Notes: generated by a model not told the origin, from the sequence alone. 64,000 nucleotides of DNA from an uncultured Clostridia bacterium (GCA_944392485.1 CALXWO010000001.1:20354-84353); one strand, 5' to 3'. Numbered from the stretch's first letter, positions 18,741 through 28,832 are shown. Numbers and translations: made by a program.

Positions 18741-18765
18741 TTAAATTCAGGATATTCACATTTTG

Positions 18766-19361
18766 TCATTTGTCAAAAAAAGTGACTGTTTCTAAAATCA
18801 TTTTTTCCAATTTCTCTATATCTAGTCCAACCACTGAATTATATGAACCTTCTATTTTTTCTATAAATTTACTTCCTATTCCTTGTACTGCATATGAACC
18901 TGCTTTATCCATTGGTTCTTTTGTTTTTATATAATCTAATATCTCTTTATCTGTCATTGGTTTCATATACACTTTACTTTTTGTATAATCGCTTTTCTTT
19001 ATTGTTTTTCCATCTTTTTTTGATATAACAGAAAGTCCAGAATATACATAGTTTACATTTCCTTGCAAGCTCTTTAGAGTATTATATGCGTCTTTTTCAT
19101 CTTTTGGCTTTCCTAATATTCTATTTTCGAAAAAAAACTATTGTATCTCCTCCAATTACTATTAATTCTTCATATTTATTTTGAATTCTACTAAATACCT
19201 CTTCTGCTTTAGAAATTGCTAATTCCTTTACAAGCTTTTCTGGGCTTACTTCTTTTATAGTAGCTTCATCAAAATTACTTGCTATTACTTCAAAATCTTT
19301 TATAATTTTTCCGCAATAATTCTTTTCTTCTCGGAGAATTTGATGCTAGTATAATTTTCAT
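18766..19361 (-). CDS. maf: Maf-like nucleoside triphosphate pyrophosphatase; one CGG-A site plus one shift at a T8 run
   Basis: [32 protein letters not shown]...GGDTIVFF/ENRILGKPKDEKDAYNTLKSLQGNVNYVYSG. ATG at 19361 overlaps the rpiB stop (ATGA). Confidence 0.8.
19310..19313 (-). other. in-frame CGG-A +1 recoding site (UUG CGG A)
   Basis: 19361-19313 is divisible by 3. Confidence 0.7.
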
Positions 19362-19804
19362 TTCATATTTTCCTTTTCTATTTCTGCTACCATATCTAAT
19401 CTTTCCTTATGCCTTCCACCTTCAAACTGTGTTGCTATCCACATTCTAACTATTGCTATTGCCTCTCCTTTTGTAACATAGTCTGCTCCAAGTGCTAAAA
19501 TGTTTGTATTATTGTGCATTCTAGAAAATTTTGCTGCTTCTTCACAAAAACATGGTGCACTTCTTATTCCTTTAAATTTATTTGCTACCATTGCCATTCC
19601 ATATCCAGATCTACATATTAATATTCCTCTATCGCATTCTTTATTTTGTACTGCCTTTGAAACTTCTTTTGCAATTATAGGATAATCTACTCTTTCTTCT
19701 GAATATGAACCAAAATCTTTATATTTGAATCCTTTTTCATCAAAATATTTTTTTATTTCTTCTTTTAGTTTGTACCCACCATGATCACTACCAATTGCTA
19801 ACAT
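19358..19804 (-). CDS. rpiB: ribose-5-phosphate isomerase B
   Basis: 148 aa, MLAIGSDHGGYKLKEEI...CRSGYGMAMVANKFKGIRSA. Confidence 0.9.
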   Translation of the reverse strand: MLAIGSDHGGYKLKEEIKKYFDEKGFKYKDFGSYSEERVDYPIIAKEVSKAVQNKECDRGILICRSGYGMAMVANKFKGIRSAPCFCEEAAKFSRMHNNTNILALGADYVTKGEAIAIVRMWIATQFEGGRHKERLDMVAEIEKENMK

Positions 19805-19904
19805 AACAATTCCCCCTTATCTTTATTAATTTTTATACTATCACAATAATTCTTTTAATTCAATAGAAAAATCTTGGTATGTTTTATGCCAAGATTTTAT
19901 TAAT

Positions 19905-20306
19905 TTACTTTATAAATTCATTATATATTTTGTTTATATCTGTCTCATCTTTAAATTTTGACTCCATTGGGCACATTCCAGTTTTATTTTTATTTTTTAC
20001 ATAATTTATTAATTCTTCGTATTCATATGTAATGCTATATTCTTCTAAAACAGGTATTGCTATTTTACTTAATTTTAAAGTAAATAGCTCTTTTACCCCT
20101 GCTTTTGCCATTATGGATGCTGCAACTTTTCCTATCATTCTATCTGCAACTGTTGCTCCTTTTAGTCCTTCTTTATTTTGAGTAAGTATTTCTACCAAGT
20201 CTTTTACTCGTTCTTGATAGTACTCCTTTATATTACCATCTTTTAAAACAACTAATGAAGCATCTTTTTCTTTTAAATCATTTTTTACTTTTTCTAAATT
20301 AGTCAT
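19905..20306 (-). CDS. DUF1893 domain protein
   Basis: 133 aa, DRMIGKVAASIMAKAGVKE...TGMCPMESKF pattern. Confidence 0.5.
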   Translation of the reverse strand: MTNLEKVKNDLKEKDASLVVLKDGNIKEYYQERVKDLVEILTQNKEGLKGATVADRMIGKVAASIMAKAGVKELFTLKLSKIAIPVLEEYSITYEYEELINYVKNKNKTGMCPMESKFKDETDINKIYNEFIK

Positions 20307-20865
20307 TTAATTTTATTCCTTTCTTTATTGAGCTAGCAATAAATGGTACAAATGCTAATTGAATTAATAGTCCTGGTATTCCTGTTCTTACTGCATCTAG
20401 CACTCCTGAAATTCCAGCTAAATTAAATCCAAATATGTTACCGGATGCAAATAATACTCCTGCGTAAAGCACTCTTCCTATTACTAAGCTTAAAATTAAA
20501 GAAACATATGAGCTAAATTTTTTACTAAATACACCTAATAATACTGCATATAATAGTAGTTCTATTAACATATATGGTAATCTCGCAAGTGTTGGCATTC
20601 CTGTTAATAAGTAACTAAATACTATTGATATACCTGCAACTACGCTTCCACTAATTACTCCAAATGTTAATGCTGCAATTAAAACTGCAATGTGCATTGG
20701 TAAATATGTTGCACCTGCTGTTGCACCTGCTAGTACGTGGAATATTCTAGGTAATGCAATTCCTATTCCTGATAATAGAACTGTTCCAACTACTGTTTTA
20801 CCTATTTTTGTTCCTATCCATTCTGCTAATTTTGAATTTTTAATTCCTGATAATACTTTTTCCAT
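20299..20865 (-). CDS. ECF-transporter S-component-like membrane protein
   Basis: 188 aa, 5-6 TM helices, overlaps the start of the DUF1893 gene. Substrate unknown. Confidence 0.45.
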   Translation of the reverse strand: MEKVLSGIKNSKLAEWIGTKIGKTVVGTVLLSGIGIALPRIFHVLAGATAGATYLPMHIAVLIAALTFGVISGSVVAGISIVFSYLLTGMPTLARLPYMLIELLLYAVLLGVFSKKFSSYVSLILSLVIGRVLYAGVLFASGNIFGFNLAGISGVLDAVRTGIPGLLIQLAFVPFIASSIKKGIKLND

Positions 20866-20906
20866 AAAATTTTCCTCCTTTAAATTATATAAGAATTTTA
20901 TTAAAG

Positions 20907-20935
20907 AGCGGACGAATACTGTTAGTCCCTACAAC
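20907..20935. repeat. degenerate REP-like hairpin with a CCCTACAA end
   Basis: agcggac-gaatactgtta-gtccctacaac followed by gtttgcaat, as at 41488..41528 and 61267..61303. Confidence 0.45.
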
Positions 20936-20980
20936 GTTTGCAATATGTTTTGGATGGCAAATTTCTGTTGCCATTTTTTA

Positions 20981-21863
20981 TTATAATTCTATTAATTCGT
21001 ATTCTCTTGTACCAAATCCTAAATCAGCTGCTGCTTCTATTGTATGAATTCCGTGTCTTGATTCTATTCTCTCTATTAAATGATCTCGTCCTGGATCTGT
21101 TGATGAATATACTAAATCTATACAAGCTTGGTCTAGTGCTACTGGATCTGTTGATGCAAGTATTCCAATGTCTTTCATACAAGGGTCTTCAGCTACTGCA
21201 CAGCAATCGCAGTCAACACTCATATTGCACATAATGTTTATAAAAGCCATGTTACCTTTAAAATATTTTACTACTGATTCTGCTGCATCTGCCATTGATT
21301 CTAAAAATAAATCTTGTGCTGGCAAGTTATCCCACAATATTGTTTGATCTTTTGTATATCCTGCAGAATGAATCCATGATTTTCCGCCTAGATGAACCGC
21401 ATCCGATTGATAATTGCTTTAATGCTCCTCCAAATCCTCCCATTGGGTGTCCTTTAAAATGTGATATTACAAGCATTGAATCATAATTTGCCATGTTTTT
21501 TCCAACATGGTTTTGCTTAATAACCTTTCCATTTGGTATTTCAAGTACTAAATCTGGCTCTTCTGCATCCATAATGTCTACATTATAATATTTGCTCCAA
21601 CCATGATTTTCTATTAATTTTTTGTGTTTTTCTGTGCTGTTTCTTTCTCCTTCATATGCAGTATTGCATTCTACTATTGTTCCGTTTACGTGTTTTATAA
21701 TATCCTGCATAAATTCTGGTCTTAGGTAATTTTGATTACCCTCTTCTCCTGAATGAACTTTTACTGCAATTTTTCCTGGAAGCTTTTTATTTAATGCTTC
21801 GTACATTTTTACAACATTTTCTTTTGATATTTCTTTTGAGAAATATACTTTTGCTTTTTCCAT
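20981..21863 (-). CDS. DUF362 domain protein, one +1 recoding site
   Basis: ORFs 21327..21863 and 20981..21337 join (293 aa) if the C at 21386 is skipped: GGFGGALKQLSIGCGSSR-G-KSWIHSAGYTKDQTILWDNLPAQ. Confidence 0.75.
21383..21386 (-). other. in-frame CGG-A +1 recoding site (AGG CGG A)
   Basis: 21863-21386 is divisible by 3. Confidence 0.7.
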
Positions 21864-21886
21864 TTTACTTTCCTCCTTTTTAATTT

Positions 21887-22663
21887 TTATCCTAATGCTA
21901 CATCTAATATCATCATTATTACGAACCCAATAGCTACACCTATTGTTCCAATGTTTGAGTGTTCTCCGGCTTGTGATTCTGGTATTAATTCTTCTACAAC
22001 AACATATATCATTGCACCTGCTGCAAATGATAATAAATAAGGTAATATTGGAACTACTGTGCTTGTTAAAAGGATAGTAATTATTGCGCCTATTGGTTCA
22101 ACTATTCCAGATAATGCTCCATATGCAAAAGCTTTTGCCTTTGACATTCCCTCACTTTTTAGTGGCATAGAAATTATTGCTCCTTCTGGAAAATTTTGTA
22201 TAGCTATACCTATTGCGAGTACAAGTGCTCCTGCCATGCTAATTCCCGTACTTCCTAGTAAAGAGCCAGCAAGTACAACCCCCACTGCCATTCCTTCTGG
22301 TATGTTGTGAAGTGTTACAGCTAAGACTAGCATTACTTCCTTTTTTAGCTTTGCTTTTAAACCTTCTGGTTTTTCTGTGTTTAAATGCAAATGCGGAATT
22401 AAACTATCTAATACTAAAAGAAATACTATCCCTAGTAAAAATCCTATTGCAGCAGGGATCCACGCTATATCTCCTTGTTCTTTTGCCATATCTATTGAAG
22501 GAATTAAAAGAGACCACACTGATGCTGCTATCATTACACCAGATGCAAATCCTAAAAGTAGTTTTTCTACTTTACCATTCATTTTGTTTTTCATTAGAAA
22601 TACCATTCCAGAGCCTAAAACAGTTCCTAAAAATGGTATAGCAAGAACTAATGCAACATTCAT
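21887..22663 (-). CDS. zupT: ZIP-family zinc transporter
   Basis: 258 aa, 8 TM, HNIPEGMAVG and QNFPEGAIISMPL motifs. Confidence 0.8.
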   Translation of the reverse strand: MNVALVLAIPFLGTVLGSGMVFLMKNKMNGKVEKLLLGFASGVMIAASVWSLLIPSIDMAKEQGDIAWIPAAIGFLLGIVFLLVLDSLIPHLHLNTEKPEGLKAKLKKEVMLVLAVTLHNIPEGMAVGVVLAGSLLGSTGISMAGALVLAIGIAIQNFPEGAIISMPLKSEGMSKAKAFAYGALSGIVEPIGAIITILLTSTVVPILPYLLSFAAGAMIYVVVEELIPESQAGEHSNIGTIGVAIGFVIMMILDVALG

Positions 22664-22675
22664 TTTTATACCTCC

Positions 22676-24160
22676 CTATTTACTTATTTCAATTATTTTA
22701 TTTGCAATTTTTTTGCCAAAAATTTTGTCATGTTCTACAAATATAATTGTAGGTTTATATTTTAAAATCATCTCTTCTATTTGCTCTCTTGAAATAATAT
22801 CAATATAGTTTAATGGTTCATCCCATACATATAAATCTGCAGATTCTGTTATACTTCTTGCAATAAGTACTTTCTTTTTTTGTCCTTCACTCATATTTTG
22901 AATATTTTTTTCAAATTCTTTACTTTCTACTCCTAATTTAGATAGCATAGCTTTAAATATTCCTTCATCTATTTGATACTTTAAAGCATATTCTCTTAAA
23001 TTTCCTTTTACTTTATCTGTATGTTGTTCTACATAAGAAATTTTTAAATCATTGGCTATTTTTATTTCTCCATCATATTCGATATTTTCTCCCAAAATTA
23101 GGTTTATTAAACTAGTTTTTCCGCTTCCGTTTTCTCCTGCTATTAAAACTCTATCCCCAACATTTATATCAAAATTTAATTTTTGAAATATGGGTTTATT
23201 ATTAAATTTTATTTGTAAATTACTTGCATAAATTATCTCTTTTTTTCTAAATTGCAAAGGTTTCATAGTTAGAGAGTGCGCTACATCAACATTTTTTAAT
23301 AAACTTTCTTTTTCTAGTATCTCTTTATTTTTTCTGTTTTCAATAGATTTTGACCTTTGCATCATTTTTGCTGATTGATGACCTATATACCCTCTATCTG
23401 GTCTTAAACCAGAATTTCTACTGCCATATTTTGTTTTTTCTATATCATTAGACCATTTTTGAGTTCTTTTTTCTGATTCTTCTAATCTTTTGATATCCTT
23501 TTTTAGTTTATTATTTTCAGCCAATTCAAAGTTATCTTGTCTTTCTTTGTTTTCTTTCCAAGATGAGTAATTTCCTTTTTGAATATCTATGTTTTTATTA
23601 TTTATAGATATTATATGATCAACTACATTATCTAAAAATTCCCTATCATGTGATACTACTATAAATCCTTTTTTATCGTTTAAGTATTTTTCAACCTCTT
23701 TTTTGCTATCATAATCTAAATGATTTGTAGGCTCATCTATTAATAGAAAATTATTTTCTTTTAAAAACAAAGCTACAAGCAGGGCTTTTACTCTTTCTCC
23801 TCCACTAAGCACGTTAAAACTTCTATATAAAATCTCTGTATTGGCATTTATTAAATTTAATTCTTTATATATTTTCCACTCTTCTGGAAAAAAAGCAATT
23901 TCATTTATTATATCTAAAGTCTTATTTTTTTCATCTTTTACTTCAAATGGAAAATAATCAAATTCTACACTTTTTTCTATCTTTCCCTGATAATTATATT
24001 CATTTAGTAACAATTTTAAAAAAGTAGTTTTGCCTTTCCCATTTCTTCCAATTAACCCTAACTTCCAATCTGTATCTATATTAAAAGAAACATTTTCAAA
24101 TACATTCTCATAACTCCCTTGATATCCAAAACTTAAATTTTTAACTTGTATTTGTGACAT
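22676..24160 (-). CDS. ABC-F ATPase of the Lsa-like ribosomal-protection type
   Basis: 494 aa, two ABC cassettes with no TM. The N-terminus MSQIQVKNLSFGYQGS...DTDWKLGLIGRNGKGKTTFLKLL closely resembles Lsa-family proteins as I recall them. Confidence 0.7.
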   Translation of the reverse strand: MSQIQVKNLSFGYQGSYENVFENVSFNIDTDWKLGLIGRNGKGKTTFLKLLLNEYNYQGKIEKSVEFDYFPFEVKDEKNKTLDIINEIAFFPEEWKIYKELNLINANTEILYRSFNVLSGGERVKALLVALFLKENNFLLIDEPTNHLDYDSKKEVEKYLNDKKGFIVVSHDREFLDNVVDHIISINNKNIDIQKGNYSSWKENKERQDNFELAENNKLKKDIKRLEESEKRTQKWSNDIEKTKYGSRNSGLRPDRGYIGHQSAKMMQRSKSIENRKNKEILEKESLLKNVDVAHSLTMKPLQFRKKEIIYASNLQIKFNNKPIFQKLNFDINVGDRVLIAGENGSGKTSLINLILGENIEYDGEIKIANDLKISYVEQHTDKVKGNLREYALKYQIDEGIFKAMLSKLGVESKEFEKNIQNMSEGQKKKVLIARSITESADLYVWDEPLNYIDIISREQIEEMILKYKPTIIFVEHDKIFGKKIANKIIEISK

Positions 24161-24240
24161 TTCTCTCCCCCCTTCTTTTACCGAATAAATTGTATAATAA
24201 AAAAGTGCAATTTACAATTACAAATTACACCTTTTTAATT

Positions 24241-24281
24241 AAAATGGGGAAAAAGGGGTCTGACCCCTTTTTCCCCATTTT
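24241..24281. repeat. GGGG/CCCC palindrome; probable terminator after the sortase gene
   Basis: aaaatggggaaaaaggggtc / tgaccccttttccccatttt. Confidence 0.65.
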
Positions 24282-24299
24282 CGACAAATCGACAAAAAT

Positions 24300-25076
24300 T
24301 TATTTTTCTACTTTTTTTGCTACTACTGCAAATCTTCCATCTTCTGTGTGATATGCACAGGTAGATAGAGTCATTAATTGATCCCCATATTCTGCTGTTT
24401 TTCCAGTGTCATATAAAGATGCTTCTTTAGCATTACTTACAAATTCATTATATTCTTCTTCATTTTCTGCATTAATAAAATAATAATATCTAAATACATT
24501 TTTTTCTGATTTATAATATACCCTTGATTCAAAAACTGCTATAATTTCATATTCTGCATCTTCATTTTCTGTTGTAAATCTAATACTAGGGTGTTCTTTA
24601 TAATAACTTTCTTCTTTATAATTTAATAGGTCTGCAAACATTTCTGTGCTTCCTATATTATTATGCCCATATATTAATAAATTCGAACTTGGCAAATTCC
24701 AATCATAATCTTTATCTAAAAACAAAGATCCTTCTTTTGTATATTCTTTTTTATAATCATGTGTCATATAAAAATCATTATCTTCTCCTTGAAGGACCGG
24801 ATAACTTATTTTAGTATTCTCTATTTCTAGCCAGCCTACAATATCAGAATTTGTTTCTTTCAAAGTTTTTACCTGAAGCATCCTTTCAGTAACTTCATCT
24901 GATATTTCATCTTCGTTTATTTCTATTGTATCTATTAAATTAGAGGTTCTATTAGCTTTATATATATCGTAAAAATGCTTTACTAGATATATGGCTGCCA
25001 ATATTACTAAAATAATTAAAATTATATAAATAAGTTTATTCTTTTTCTTTTTCTCAATTCTATAATGCTTTGCCAT
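24300..25076 (-). CDS. srtB: class B sortase
   Basis: 258 aa, N-terminal TM anchor, LIYGHN and TLSTC catalytic motifs. Confidence 0.8.
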   Translation of the reverse strand: MAKHYRIEKKKKNKLIYIILIILVILAAIYLVKHFYDIYKANRTSNLIDTIEINEDEISDEVTERMLQVKTLKETNSDIVGWLEIENTKISYPVLQGEDNDFYMTHDYKKEYTKEGSLFLDKDYDWNLPSSNLLIYGHNNIGSTEMFADLLNYKEESYYKEHPSIRFTTENEDAEYEIIAVFESRVYYKSEKNVFRYYYFINAENEEEYNEFVSNAKEASLYDTGKTAEYGDQLMTLSTCAYHTEDGRFAVVAKKVEK

Positions 25077-25163
25077 TTTTTAATCTCCATAATAATATTT
25101 TAAATATATATTAACAAAGGATAGACTAAATGTCTATCCTTAATTTTGTATTTTTGCTAAACT

Positions 25164-26336
25164 TTAAGCATCTTTTCTTTTTAAAGCTACTAAAGATACT
25201 GTTCCAATTGCTAAAATTGCAATAGCTACACCTACAAAGCTTACTACACCTGTTTTAGGTGTTTCGTCTTTTTCACCTTCTACTTCTTCTGATGGTACTA
25301 CTTCCTCTTCTTCTGAAGGATCAGTTGTATCATCTGTTGGAGGTGTTACATCACCAGTATCGTCTACTAAAGCTACTTTAACATATATAGTTGTATTAGC
25401 ACTAATAGCTTTTGAAAAATCAAATGCTGTTTCATATGCACTATCTGCATAGAAACCATCTATAGTTTGATCTTCAGCTAAAGAAACATTATTTTTTACA
25501 GTTTCTTCTGTGATAACTGAATCTTTATCAACTACAATTGATTTTGTAGAATCAGCAGCTACTATTGTTAAAACTACTTTTTCTGCCTCATCAGTTGTTG
25601 CTGTAACTCCATCTTTATCTATAGAACTTTCAGAAATTATATTATCATTTGCATCTGTTAAAAGTACATTTTTATCAGCTACAAAAACTTTGTTTACTGT
25701 GTTTTCTGTGTTTTCTATTTCGAATGTTGTAACATTACTATTACTTGCAACACGAACAGCATTGTCTTTTTCGTATGTAGTGAAAGTTCCATCCATAATC
25801 AATTTAGGATTTCCTTGAGCACTTCCTTTATCCAACTCGATACCATTGTTAGCACCCTCTCCATTATATCCAAGAGTTAAATCTTTTACAGTAACTGTAC
25901 CTCCGTTTACAAGAACTGCACCGTAAGTACATCCATTGATTGTTACTCCATCTAATATAACAGATCCATCAAATGCTTGTACACCATATTTTGGAGCAAA
26001 TTTTAAAGTAATATTTTTTAATGTTAACTCTGCTCCAGATACAACTGTAAATAATGAGTGGTCACCTGAATGGCTCTCTTGGTTTATCCAAGCATCTGTA
26101 GCACTTACAGTATTATAATTTCCGTCAATAGTTACGTTACGGTTTACTGTTACTACAGAATTTGTTTGGAAACTATTCCCTAATACTATTGTATCCACAC
26201 TAGTGTCTGCTAGAGCTTCTCTTAACGCTGTTTCATCATTAACTGTTGTTTCTGCTGCATTACTAATATTTGGTAATACTAATAATACTGCTAAAACTAA
26301 AACAGAAAATAGAACTAATTTAACTGTATTTCTCAT
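25164..26336 (-). CDS. sortase-anchored surface protein with a beta-helix-like repeat region (TPKTG sorting signal)
   Basis: Signal peptide MRNTVKLVLFSVLVLAVLLVLPNISNA after aaaggagg. C-terminal TPKTG plus TM plus KRKDA. Confidence 0.75.
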   Translation of the reverse strand: MRNTVKLVLFSVLVLAVLLVLPNISNAAETTVNDETALREALADTSVDTIVLGNSFQTNSVVTVNRNVTIDGNYNTVSATDAWINQESHSGDHSLFTVVSGAELTLKNITLKFAPKYGVQAFDGSVILDGVTINGCTYGAVLVNGGTVTVKDLTLGYNGEGANNGIELDKGSAQGNPKLIMDGTFTTYEKDNAVRVASNSNVTTFEIENTENTVNKVFVADKNVLLTDANDNIISESSIDKDGVTATTDEAEKVVLTIVAADSTKSIVVDKDSVITEETVKNNVSLAEDQTIDGFYADSAYETAFDFSKAISANTTIYVKVALVDDTGDVTPPTDDTTDPSEEEEVVPSEEVEGEKDETPKTGVVSFVGVAIAILAIGTVSLVALKRKDA

Positions 26337-26711
26337 CTTTTCACCTCCTTTCAAATTTTGGATATATTTATATTTAAAATATAAATACCTTGAAATTGGT
26401 GTTATAAGTTTTTCTTTTGAAACTTTTACCAATTGTTATGTATTTTATATATCACTAGTTTAAATAAAATTCAATAGAAAAATATGTAAAATTATGTTTC
26501 TTTTATATTACATTTTCTTTTCAATCACATTTTCTAACTTTTTATACATTTATTACCTGCGTTTTTAGCTTAAATATTGCAAATATGATAGACATTTCGC
26601 TAAGAATGCCTTCGAAGAAAATGCTAAATGCATGCCACAATCTAAAGCTCGGCAAAATTAAAGTAGTCTGGAAAATTTTAAATTAGGTCAAAATAAAAAG
26701 CAATTTTTCCT

Positions 26712-26753
26712 ATACAAGAAAAAGCAATAAAAGAATAGTCCTTTTATTGCTTT
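26712..26753 (-). terminator. rho-independent terminator of tyrS
   Basis: Minus strand aaagcaataaaag-gactatt-cttttattgcttt followed by a T-rich run. Confidence 0.65.
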
Positions 26754-26782
26754 AATAAGTAACATTTATTTTTAATTAAATT

Positions 26783-28012
26783 TTATATAATAGCTTTTGC
26801 CACATAATAATTTTTCTTTCCTCTTTTTATAATTAAATATGTTCCGTTTGTAAGATGTTTTTCATCTATTACTTGATCCATTTGATTCATCTTCTGTCCT
26901 TTTATTTCTATACTATTATTTGAAATAAATTCTCTTGCTTGCCTTTTACTTGTTGCTACATTCATTTCTACTAATATATCTAGTATATTCTTATTTAATT
27001 CTATACCCTTAATTTCGTTTCCTTTAAAAGCTTCTTCTAATTCTTGGTTTGTTAAATCATTAAAGTTGCCTTTAAATAGTGCATCACTAATTTTTATTGC
27101 CTTTTCGTATTCTTCTTTTCCATGTAAATCTGTTATTATTTCTCTTGCAAGTATTTTATGGGCTTCTCTTAATTCTGGTTTTTCTTTATGGCTTTTTTCT
27201 ATTTCTTCAATTTCTTCTTTACTTAAGAATGTTAATTTTTTTAAATAACTTATAATCATTGAATCTTCAAGATTTATTAAATATTGGTATAATTCATAAC
27301 TTGATGTTTTATTTTTATCAAGCCATAATGCATTTCCTTCTGTTTTTCCAAACTTAACTCCATTTGAGTCTGTAACTAAAGGCATAACCATTCCGTAGGC
27401 TGTTTTATCTAACTTTCTTCTAATTAGTTCTATTCCAGAAGTTATATTTCCCCATTGGTCTGAGCCTGCAACTTGAAGTACACAATTTTTATTTTGATAT
27501 AAATATAAAAAGTCTAGAGCTTGTAATATCATATATGAAAATTCTGCATAGGTAATTCCTGTTTCCATTCTAGATTTAACTTTATCTTTTGCAAGCATAT
27601 ATCCAACATTAAAGTATTTTCCGTAATCTCTTAAGAAGTCTATTACATTTATATCTTTTATCCAATCATAATTATTAACTACTTCAAACCCAAATATTTC
27701 TTTTGCCTGTTTTGTTAATCCCTCTATATTTTTTTCGACCTCTTCTTTACTAATAATTGGCCTTTCAGAAGTAGGTTTTGGATCTCCAATTAAACCTGTT
27801 GCTCCTCCTACTAATAAAATAGGTTTATGTCCATATTTTGCAAGTCTTTTTGATATTAAAAATGATGAATAATGACCAATATGCATGCTATCGGCTGTTG
27901 GATCTGTACCTATATAAAATGTTAATTTTTCATTGTTCAATTTATTAATCAATTCTTCATCACTAATGTCTTGAATAAGACCTCTCCATTTTAAATCTTC
28001 ATATAATGTCAT
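26783..28012 (-). CDS. tyrS: tyrosyl-tRNA synthetase
   Basis: MTLYEDLKWRGLIQD...HIGHY...KFGKT, with a C-terminal S4 domain. Confidence 0.95.
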   Translation of the reverse strand: MTLYEDLKWRGLIQDISDEELINKLNNEKLTFYIGTDPTADSMHIGHYSSFLISKRLAKYGHKPILLVGGATGLIGDPKPTSERPIISKEEVEKNIEGLTKQAKEIFGFEVVNNYDWIKDINVIDFLRDYGKYFNVGYMLAKDKVKSRMETGITYAEFSYMILQALDFLYLYQNKNCVLQVAGSDQWGNITSGIELIRRKLDKTAYGMVMPLVTDSNGVKFGKTEGNALWLDKNKTSSYELYQYLINLEDSMIISYLKKLTFLSKEEIEEIEKSHKEKPELREAHKILAREIITDLHGKEEYEKAIKISDALFKGNFNDLTNQELEEAFKGNEIKGIELNKNILDILVEMNVATSKRQAREFISNNSIEIKGQKMNQMDQVIDEKHLTNGTYLIIKRGKKNYYVAKAII

Positions 28013-28039
28013 AATATCATCCTTTCTTATTATAAAAAT

Positions 28040-28255
28040 CAAAAAACTAATTCTTCCCTTAAAGGACGAATTAGTTTATCCGTTGTACCACCTTTTTTTA
28101 CAATATTAAAATTAAATATTGCCTCATTATTAGCTTATTCGTAGCTACACGTTAGTTACTATAAGAAGTGTAATTCAAATTTTATATTCTAGTAATTTCC
28201 ACCAACCATTACCTCTCTATTAGTTACTATAAAATTCTACTAAAGTTTCTTTTTA
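28040..28255 (-). promoter_or_regulatory. T-box leader (Tyr specifier UAC)
   Basis: Minus strand: agagag box, specifier gaatTACa, T-box aaaaaggtggtacaacgg, terminator aaactaattcgtcc-ttt-aagggaagaattagtttttt. Confidence 0.8.
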
Positions 28256-28292
28256 AAACATAACTAAATTAACTTGAAGATATTTTAACATT

Positions 28293-28832
28293 TTATACTT
28301 CTAATGTCAAACTATCAATTAAATTTCCTTCTACATCTTTTAAAAGTAGTTTTTCATTTTCTATTATTAAATAACTATTTTTTGTATTATCTTTTGGCAA
28401 AGATATAGATCCGCTATTTACACATATTACTCCATCTTTTTCTTTTATAAATCCTGTATGGAAATGCCCATATACCAAAACGTCAATATTTTCTGGTATA
28501 TTATCCATATTATATTTATGTCCGTGTGTAAAGCAAAATCTTTTTCCAGATATAGTTAATTCGATCTTATCTTTAAATTCAAAATCAGAAATCATTTCAT
28601 CTACTTCTGCATCACAATTTCCTTTTGTACATAATATTACATCTTTAAAGCTATTTAATATTTTAGCTACTTCCATTGGGTTATATTCCTTTGTTAAAGG
28701 ATTTCTAGGCCCATGATAATATAGGTCTCCTAATAATATTATTTTATCTGGTCCTTCGTTTTTATATATTTCTTTTATTTTATTAGCATAATAAGAAGAA
28801 CCATGAATATCTGATACTACTAAATATTTCAT
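28293..28832 (-). CDS. YfcE/MJ0936-family metallophosphoesterase
   Basis: 179 aa, VVSDIHGS...LGDLYYHGPRN...GNCD...THGH...GHFH motifs. Confidence 0.8.
   Translation of the reverse strand: MKYLVVSDIHGSSYYANKIKEIYKNEGPDKIILLGDLYYHGPRNPLTKEYNPMEVAKILNSFKDVILCTKGNCDAEVDEMISDFEFKDKIELTISGKRFCFTHGHKYNMDNIPENIDVLVYGHFHTGFIKEKDGVICVNSGSISLPKDNTKNSYLIIENEKLLLKDVEGNLIDSLTLEV

Noticed and set aside
19128-19131. Counting the maf CGA (ttt cga aaa) as a second type of CGN recoding site
   Set aside because: CGA is read in frame as Arg in other genes (1116-1118, 10674-10676, and also in the amidoligase and pgi genes). The same correction is obtained by shortening the adjacent T8 run, so it is reported separately as a homopolymer issue.
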